Shown piece after piece: positions 1 through 8,700 of a stretch of DNA of 64,000 bases (the stretch's first letter is position 1; each line of letters opens with the position of its first letter). Under the pieces are notes generated by a model. The model saw only the letters and a list, made by a program, of their open reading frames with translations, did not search any database and was not told the origin of the DNA. The translations under genes and the position numbers were made by a program. This DNA comes from Burkholderiales bacterium. GTDB lineage: Bacteria; Pseudomonadota; Gammaproteobacteria; Burkholderiales; Usitatibacteraceae. Location of the stretch: NCBI GenBank assembly GCA_031370625.1, contig JANMQR010000314.1:5052-69051 (forward strand), in the 5' to 3' direction.

Positions 1-1844
1 TTTCCAGCGCCGCCCTGGTTCGCTGCACAAGTCCAACCCGTGCCTGAAGGTGCTGCACTAAGCGTTAGACCTGCGGGCAGCGTATCGACAACCGTGATGG
101 TTCCTGCACTGGTTTGCGCGCCGATATTGGTGACGGTCAGCGTGTAGGTTCCGGTTGCGCCGACAGTGAAGTTGCCGTTATGGGTTTTGGTCATCACCAG
201 ATCAGTCGCGATTACGGGCGTGACTACCGTTGACACGTTATTGCCGGTATAAGTCGGTGCTTCGGCAACCGTCGTGCTGGCGATAGTTGCTGTGTTGGAT
301 GCACTCGGGAAAGCGCCAGCAGCAACCGCAACAGGGATGGTTATCGCATTCGTGTTGGTCGCCCCTGCCGCAATCGCTGCCGTACTGGTGCAATTAATAT
401 TTGCGCTGCCCACGGTGTTGTTGCCAGCACCACCCTGGTTTGCCGCGCAAGTCCAACCTGTTCCTGTAGGCACAGCAGAAAGTGTTAATCCGGTGGGTAA
501 TGTATCGGTGACGGTATAGACATTGCCGGCCGCGAAATTCCCTGCTCCTGCATTCTTTGCAGTAATCGTGTAGGTGCTATTGATACCAATAACAAACTGT
601 GTCGGACCCGCTTTGGTAATTTGCAGATCGAAATCATTGACCGGCGTAACCAGTGATGTCGAATTGTTGCCAGTCGCACTCGCCGGCTCACCGCCGCCAG
701 ATACGCTTGCCGTATTGGTGACACTCGGTACGGCCGCTTGTGCGACCGCGACCGATAATGTGACAACTGTGGATGTTCCCGCGGGGGCAATGGACGTTGT
801 GCTGGTGCAATTAATATTGCTGGAGCCAATCGTATTGTTACCAGCGCCGCCCTGATTTGCCGCGCATGTCCATCCCGCGCCCACCGTAGGGACGGCGGCG
901 AGCGTAATGCCCGCTGGCAGCGTATCGATTAGGGTGTAACTCGCGGCACCAGTAGAGACGCCGCCAACATTGGTCACGCTCAGCGTGTATGTACCCGGCA
1001 CCCCTGGCGTAAAGCTTACAGAGCCGGTTTTGTTGACTTTAATGTCAGCGCAGTCCGTTGCGCAAACTGACGTGACCACGGCACCGCTTGAGTTATTGCT
1101 ACTATTTGAAGCGGGTTCGCCACCACCAGATACAGTCGCAATATTGGACACGCTCGGCGATGCAGCTGCCGATGGCAGCACCGTGACGGTAATGGCATTG
1201 GCATTAGTCCCGCCAGCAGCGATCACCGTGGTGTTCGTGCAGTTGAGTTGTGTAGACGTCGATGCTGCGCAATTCCAGCCCGTTCCGGTTGGCGTGCCGA
1301 CGATCGTTAATCCCGTTGGCATATTATCGATGACCGTGTACGTGCCAACGGTTGCACTACTGCCGAGAAGATTATTGACCGAAATCGAATACGACCCATT
1401 TATGCCGATGCCGAAAGTGCCATTGGCCGTTTTGACGATCTGCAAATCAGGGCTCGGCGTAATCGTCACACTGGCTTGGTCATTTTCACCCGCAATATTG
1501 TTATTCGGCGTCGAATTGGGATCGGCCTGATCAGCGTAATAAACCTCTGCCGTATTGGTGATCGATGTGGCCACCGTCACGTTCGCAGTAATCGTCAGGG
1601 TCGCGCTTGCGCCGCTGTTAAGTGTACTCACCATCCACACGCCGGCAATACCGTTGGGTGCTACCACACCCACGTTGTAGACACCTTGGGTGGCCGTGGC
1701 AGAAACAAGCGTAAGACCTGCCGGCAGCTGATCTTTAACGCGCACATCGGTCGCGCGATTTGGTCCATTGTTGGCGACGACGACCTTGAAAGTTACTTGA
1801 TTGCCCGGCGTTAGATTGGTCGCGGTCTTGGTAAGTCGAAGATC
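1..1844 (-). repeat. Tandem array of at least 5 diverged coding modules (about 396-426 nt each) inside gene D
   Basis: Module starts on the minus strand are at about 1844, 1448, 1046, 629 and 203. A conserved nucleotide core recurs at 1-45, 421-470 and 838-880 (ccagcRccRccctgRtttgcYgcRcaWgtcca). It encodes GWTCAANQGGAGNNT. Confidence 0.7.
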
Positions 1845-2708
1845 CGATCGTTGGCCCGGCGCACTGGCTAGATCGCCCCATGCGACCGCGATGCTGGTAC
1901 CAAGCTGTGTCGCGATCAATGAGCCAATATTGACGGTATACAGATTAGTCACCGCGCCAGCCTGTTCCATCACGAACAGCCGACCCGCACTGTCAAACGA
2001 GCAGCCTGGCAAGTTAGCAGGCGTGCCGCCACCTGACAACGTGATCGAGCCAAGACGAGTAACCGCGCCGGTGGGCGAAATAGTAAACAAACTCGGCGTG
2101 TTACCACCGCCAGTGCTGGCCACCATGTAAAGCTGGTTCGTACCGGGCTGCAAACACAAATCTCCACCGGGAGGAATGTTGATACCGTCAGGCCCGCCAG
2201 CAGGCGTTTGCGTGATCACCGCACCTGAATTGGTATCGAGCGTAAAAATTGTGGCTGGCGGCGCAACGCCGAAGGTGGGCGTGGGATTGATTGCATACAA
2301 GGTGCCTGCACCATCAAACCCCAAGCGAATCACTGCCGTTACGGCTGCGCCGGTAGAGCCCACTAGCACGGGCAGTATGGTAGGCGTGCCGGGATCCCAA
2401 CGCCAAAGCTGGGGATTTGCACCCTGCGAATCAAGGTAGAACAACATACCATCGCTCGGCCGAACAGCGAGTGTGGCCGCCGCCACCAATGGCGCAGCGA
2501 ACGTCACCGCCTTTGTCACCAATTGCGTCGCGGTCTGGCCCGTTGCCGAATCGACAGTATAAATACCCGTCGCATCAATACCGTAAACAGTTTCGGCATT
2601 GGCTGCAGGCATAAACCAAGAGCAAATCGAAAGCGAGATGGCGGCGAGTGGCGACAGTAACCAATCACGCCCGCGGCGTTTAGTCGCATCGCATTTATTT
2701 TCACGCAC
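1..2708 (-). CDS. Gene D of the DUF11 operon: exported beta-propeller-like domain plus tandem DUF11-type repeat protein; first 902 codons only (3' end lies beyond window start)
   Basis: Absent from the ORF track because no stop lies in the window. Hand translation of the minus strand shows the frame open from GTG at 2708 to position 1. GAGG lies 5 nt upstream of the GTG, which is 26 nt after the stop of the 2369-aa gene. The N-terminus VRENKCDATKRRGRDWLLSPLAAISLSICSWFMPAANA/ETVYGIDATGIYTVDSATGQ is a signal peptide. About 250 aa of Gly/Thr-rich propeller-like sequence follow. Then come modules starting DLRLTKTATN, DLQIVKTANG, DIKVNKTGSV, DLQITKAGPT and DLVMTKTHNG, with LPxGL and GW(T/N)C..NC motifs. 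All listed minus-strand ORFs in 1-2708 are in another frame. Confidence 0.8.
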   Translation of the reverse strand, partial: MRENKCDATKRRGRDWLLSPLAAISLSICSWFMPAANAETVYGIDATGIYTVDSATGQTATQLVTKAVTFAAPLVAAATLAVRPSDGMLFYLDSQGANPQLWRWDPGTPTILPVLVGSTGAAVTAVIRLGFDGAGTLYAINPTPTFGVAPPATIFTLDTNSGAVITQTPAGGPDGINIPPGGDLCLQPGTNQLYMVASTGGGNTPSLFTISPTGAVTRLGSITLSGGGTPANLPGCSFDSAGRLFVMEQAGAVTNLYTVNIGSLIATQLGTSIAVAWGDLASAPGQRSDLRLTKTATNLTPGNQVTFKVVVANNGPNRATDVRVKDQLPAGLTLVSATATQGVYNVGVVAPNGIAGVWMVSTLNSGASATLTITANVTVATSITNTAEVYYADQADPNSTPNNNIAGENDQASVTITPSPDLQIVKTANGTFGIGINGSYSISVNNLLGSSATVGTYTVIDNMPTGLTIVGTPTGTGWNCAASTSTQLNCTNTTVIAAGGTNANAITVTVLPSAAASPSVSNIATVSGGGEPASNSSNNSSGAVVTSVCATDCADIKVNKTGSVSFTPGVPGTYTLSVTNVGGVSTGAASYTLIDTLPAGITLAAVPTVGAGWTCAANQGGAGNNTIGSSNINCTSTTSIAPAGTSTVVTLSVAVAQAAVPSVTNTASVSGGGEPASATGNNSTSLVTPVNDFDLQITKAGPTQFVIGINSTYTITAKNAGAGNFAAGNVYTVTDTLPTGLTLSAVPTGTGWTCAANQGGAGNNTVGSANINCTSTAAIAAGATNTNAITIPVAVAAGAFPSASNTATIASTTVAEAPTYTGNNVSTVVTPVIATDLVMTKTHNGNFTVGATGTYTLTVTNIGAQTSAGTITVVDTLPAGLTLSAAPSGTGWTCAANQGGAG

Positions 2709-2734
2709 GGGCGCCTCAAAATTTATAGTTGTTT

Positions 2735-5700
2735 TCATTGGTCTACACGCGGCTTCCCGGCAGGCTGACTTGGTGAGGTAGCATCACCTTTCGCGCCCTC
2801 AATAATCCCGCGATAGGCGGAACTCCCAGGAGCCGTCCCCGTTGGGGTTGTCTCGGCCCTGGACGCATCGTCTGCTGTATTCGATGAACTATTCTTAACC
2901 GATTTCGGAAACAAGTCTTCATCAAACTTGTAGCGGAGCCGCAAATACGTGCCCTTGTTTGTGTATTCGCCGTTTGCGAAATCTTCATCGCGATAACCGT
3001 AGACGTTATAGCCGCCGGACAGCCACAAATTCTCCATCACCATAAAGCCCAGCTCGACACCAACCGCATATGTTTTGGATTGCAAGGCGCGACCAATTAC
3101 GGTTGAGCCGGTTACCGAGATATCCCAGCGCGGTGCAATTTCCCAAATCGCGCGTGCAGACAGCAAATGCGCACTATTCTTCGCTTTGATGCCGTTCGAA
3201 TCTTCGTTGACCCATTTCGCCGCGTAGCGCCCTGAGAACGTGAATGGACGACGCGGTTGCCAATTGGCGTGCAACGAGAATAATTCCACCGTGCGCTTGA
3301 GTTGCAATTCAGGTTGCGTTGTATCGTTTTCACTGCGATGCTCAACCCGCGCCAAACCATTCCACACATCGGTTTCGGTATCGCGGTAAGCCACACCAAC
3401 CTGCAAACGTTCTTGTTCATTTTTGCCCGTTTGCGTTTGCGTCTGCGCACCCTGATTTTTGATCAATGAATATGTATTGCGACCCAGGAAAGTCCACTCG
3501 CGATTAATCTTGGAGGCGACGGCCACGGTTGATAGTAGCGAGTCGCTACTGGTGCCGTCGCGAAGCTCCAAGCGGGTCGAGCCTTTCCACAACGGGCTTG
3601 CGGTGTACTCAAGACCGAACGTGAGCGCAGCCGATTCACCGGTGCCGGTGCCGGAGAATGAATGCACCCGCTCAAAGCCAGTTTGCAGTTTCAAACCGTC
3701 ACTTAACGTCCATAGATTTCGTAGCCCTAATGCAGCCTCGGCATCGCCACCCGAAATGGCATCGCGAATGCGGTACTCGCTGAATACGTTGCCGTCTTTC
3801 ATGTAGTCCGTGCTGATACCGATCACGCTGCTATTTTGTCGCTGCACAGTATTTAAACCGTATGGGCCGGTGAGCGAGGAAATGAACTCGTGGCGGCCAT
3901 ACAAACGGCCGCTGTTCGGCAATTTGTATTCACCGCCAATCGCCGCAATTTTGCGATCTGTATCTTTAGGGTCAACCTCCGCTTCTATGTACGCGGCGGC
4001 ATCTTTTATGCCCGGAATATCGCCTGTCAAGCGAGTGCGAATGCTGGTGACTTCCGTGGGCAACGGTCCAGATGCTGTTGTCGCAGGTGCCAGCGTTTCG
4101 CGCGCATGACGCACACCTAATTCCAGGCGCATGCCATTGTCGAGCGTGCGCTCAACAGCTGCGAGCAGGCCATCACGCTTACCGTTGCTGAGCAAATCTT
4201 CGCTGCGCAACATCTCTGCCTTCAGGCGGGTTTTCTCGTCAATCCGGTATGAAACATTGCCGCCAATTTCAGTTCTGCCACTGCTGAGACTGGAGCTGAT
4301 ATTGTCGAATTTTGCATCGGCGCGACCTGCGTAAAACAGCGCATCTATGTCGTCGCCTTTATGGCGGAATTCAACGCGCGAAGCGATGCCTTTTTTCTCG
4401 CCTTTGGTATCCCCGGTCGTGCCCGAACCAACACCAGACAAACCGCCCGCAATGCTGGTGCCCACTCGGTCACGAGTAGTTTGCGCAATCTCGGCAATCA
4501 GAAACGTTTTGTCCGCGAGCTTGGCAATCGCGTTAATACCGATCATGCGGAATTTATCAACCGGATTGCGATCATCAACCACCATCGCACCGATTTCAAA
4601 ATTATTCGTTAATTTGATTTGTGCATCCGCACCCGCGACCCAGAACTGTTCGCCGCCTTGATCTATTTCATAGGTGACGCGAATCGAATTTGGGTTAAAC
4701 AATTCATCGAGCGTTGGCACTGGCGCTTTCAAAATAATACGGCCCGTTAACGGTTCAAGCTCGTAGTCAGCGAAACGTGCAAGTGGCACTGTGCGAATAA
4801 TCACGCCAGTCTGGTTGCGATCTCGGGTAATGATTTCAACTTTTTCGCTGTTGATTAAGCCCTTGGCATTTGCAAGCGTGAATGGGCCAGACGTGCCATT
4901 CGCTTTAAATTCCTGCAACAATTGACGCGTTGTGTCGCGGCTAGCGAAAAGATTGGCCGAGATTTTATCGTTCTCAAAGTGCTGCTTTAAGCCCGTTAGC
5001 GAGCGATTGTAATTGGCGAGTTTGCGTGCCTCGGATGCGGACGTGGTGTTGTAGTCACCGTAGAGCAAATACGATTTTTTATTATCGACGCGAACATAGA
5101 AACGACCTGTGGATTGCGCATCAAACGCACGCACGCTGGAGTCGCCATAGACCGGATAGAACTCATCAGGCTGAATATCGCGGAATAAACGATCCCGCGT
5201 ATTTTTATCTGAATCATAAGCTAACGTCAGCAAATACTCGCCTTTGATTTTGCCTTTGATAAACATCGCCGCACGTGCACCAGCATCGTATTTGCCACCA
5301 TTCCAATTGCGCGAAATATGCGTGATCTCTTGCTCGAAACCGTCTTGCGCGCGGGCAGGCGTTAGCGCACGAGTGTCGAGCTTGCGCAAATTCAGCACGC
5401 CCTCAATCACACCGACCGCCAGCAGTTCGCGCACATCCGGCAAGAAATCAAGGCGAGCCTCTGAACTCAAAGCACCGCTGCGCACATTAATCACGGCCTG
5501 ACCGGGCTCAGCCGGCGGCAGCAAGGTAAATTCACCCACACCGCCCGCCACAAAGTTTTGTACACCAGGCTCAGCCGTATTCAAATCTTCGGCTTGCCAG
5601 CGCCCGAGATTAGTTAGCAAAGTGATAGCGGTGCGCGATGTCACGGCCACACCTTTGCTGTCAACGACACGCACAATTACCGTGACCGGCGTTTTTCCGT

Positions 5701-8700
5701 CAGCTCGGGCACCTGCGCTTGTAGCCTGCGGAAACTCGATCAACAACTTAGAAATATTGCCCGGGGCTGTCACTTTGATGGTGGCTTCACCGCGCTCGTT
5801 GCCAAACGCGTCAATTTGCTTTGCGGTCAGCGTATTCACACCCGGTATCAAATCCGCACCGATAAATTCCCACGCCTGCAATTTTTTGTCTTCCATGACC
5901 GCTTTTTTACCCACGCGATCATCAGCCAGCTCTTTACCATTGACGAACAGTTTGAACGTCGTGCCCTGCACACCTTTGACGCGAATCGTGGATTGCTTAT
6001 AGGCCAGCGTGTCGCCATCTTTCAAGCCAATAAAGCCAAGCGTATTGTTTTCTTGCGGCAGAATATTTTCGAGCGTGATCGCAGGCGCGTCGGAGCTACG
6101 ATCCACAATGGCGCGATTCAATGGCGGCTGCGCAGGCGCAATAGTGGCAAAGCCGACAGTGCCTAGCGTGGCCGCGTTTGCCAGTGTATTAATACCCGAC
6201 GGCAAAATCGATGCAGCACTGGGCGCCGGCGCTTGGCTGGACGGCGCAGTCAAGCCCACCACGCCGCTTGCGGGCAATGCCTTGATATCAGTTGCAAATC
6301 TATTAGCGGGATCAGTGGTCAGTTGCTGCTGCAAACGGCCATCGATTTCAGTTTTTAATTTGTTTGCTTCATCGCGACGCACCGCGACTTGATTCGCCAC
6401 TGACTCGCTACATGACTGAATCGCAAAGTCAGCTTTGTGCAGCTCGCCATATTTCACATCGAGGAACCGGCTGTCGCCCTTACCAGTGTTGCGATTTGAG
6501 CCCGTCGCAAAATCTTTGGCGTCAATGCCGGCGGGCAGCGTGGTTCGATCAATTTTCAGCACATGCGTGCGCGCGGAAAGGCCGTAGAAACTGTATTTTC
6601 CTTCACTGTCGGAAACAACGTTAGTACCGTCCTCCAGATACAAACGAACACCCGGAACGCCGACTTCACGCGCCAGTTTTTTCTTGTTCGCGTCATCTGT
6701 AGGCAGATTTTGTATGCCGTTTTTATCGCAATCGATAAATACTTTGCCGACGACATACGCTTTGTCGCTGAGTACACCGCCAACAATCGTCACCTGCGCC
6801 GCTGCAACATTCGACTCACTGAAACGCGTGCCACCGTTACCGATGCGATAAGTTGCGACGACTCGATTGATACCATCGCCTTGTGCAGCGCCCGGCCCGA
6901 CGCGCACTCGGTAAGCGACGCGAACCTGCTGACCCAGCGCCATGCTGCCGATATTGAAAATTAGGCGCGAGCCGGAAACAAATTGCGGATCGGCGAGTGG
7001 CTTGCCTTCGAGGCGCGCCGTGCCGAGCACAAATGAGAAACCTGCTGGCAGCGAGTCCGTTAGCAGCACCGGGCTTTGATTCAATGCGTAGCCGGTGTTG
7101 TTATTGATTGTGACGCTGTAATCCGTTAAGTCACCGATCTCGACGGTAGTGCGCGACACCGTCTTCTGCACAAACAATCCACCAATACGGCCCGCGTCCA
7201 CCGGAATATCGATGATGACTGGCCCCGTCTCCGGCCCCACGCGGAACGCGCCACCATAGGAGCCACCTGTGGTTGGCCCGGTCGCCAACACGTTGCGCCC
7301 GGACGGCAGCTGGCTCACTGGCACAGCAGATACAAACGTATAACCGTTCGGTGGCGTGACTAATGCGCAATAATCGCCCGGCGACACCAGCGGGAAATCG
7401 AAGCGCCCGTCCGCACGCGTCACCACCGTCGCAGGCGCTGTGACAATAGAGCCATTCACAAGCTGGCTCACTGTCGCCAAGGTGCTTGTACACACACCAC
7501 CCTGCGCGGTGACCAATCTCACCGTCGCACCAGCAACAGGCTCATTGGTGCGGCTGTCAAACACGACGCCGTTAGGGTCGATCACAGTTACGCTGGTTGC
7601 AATTCTGCGTCCGCAACCGATAATTTCCACGCTGTAAGTGTCGTATGAATTACCCTCAAGGATGTTGTCGCCTGCGACCACTGGGGGCTTACGAACCGGC
7701 AATCCACCTGCTTCAAAAATACCGGTGTTAGGTCCCGTCTCAATCGCGATTATTTCTTCGCGTTCACCGTTAGCACCAGTGATGATAATAGTGCGGCGCT
7801 CAATCACATCTGGCAATTGATTACACGAAGGTGCATTCGCACGCAAAAATAAATCACGACCAATAAACGCCCACGGCGTGGCACGCAGGAAGCCGCCATC
7901 GATGAAACCTTGGATAATATTTTCTACCGTGGCGGTCGTACCAATAGTGGTTGTATCGCGATTGGTGAGCGTTCCGCTGGATGTTGTATTGACGCGGAAA
8001 TCTGTTGTGTTGCTCGCACCGCTTGCTGCGTTTACGGGTGCTACTACACGGCTCAAGAACACAATGCGCGCACCGGGCGACAGTGTAAATGTGCTGCTTG
8101 GCGTCACAACGACATCAGTCGCGTCGAACACGCCCACAATGGATTGACCACCCGCGACTGTGTTATCAACGACAATTTGTGCCGTCCAGCTGGCACTGCC
8201 ATTGACGAGGAAATTTGCTGGGAAGGTGATTGTTTCGCTACACGTGCCAACGTTAGTGAGCACGTGTGTGTACACAACATTTCCGCCCGGTGTGGTGCGA
8301 CCGGTGTTGTCTGGCTCCAGCACGACACGACACAGATTAGCAATTGATGTCACCACATCATCATCGACGGCACGAATGAGCGGATTGGTGATTGACTGCG
8401 CATTTTTGGAAACGCGGAACGGGCCACCTGCGATGCCCGGCGGCAGAATTGCTTTCACGACAATGCGATAAGTTGCACCCGCGGCGACGGGCCCGGTATC
8501 GGGAATCGTGTTGCCGTTGGTATCGGTCAATGGCGTGACGCCATCGGCTTTGAATAGCTGGAAAATCGTACCGGGTGGGAAGTTTGACCCCGATAAGGTC
8601 ACATCAAAACTATCGGACTTGCTGGTGTTGTTGGTCAACACGTTATTAAACGTGACTGCGCTACCGGGATCAGCTGAAGCCAGCGTCACGCCGCGCAAGG

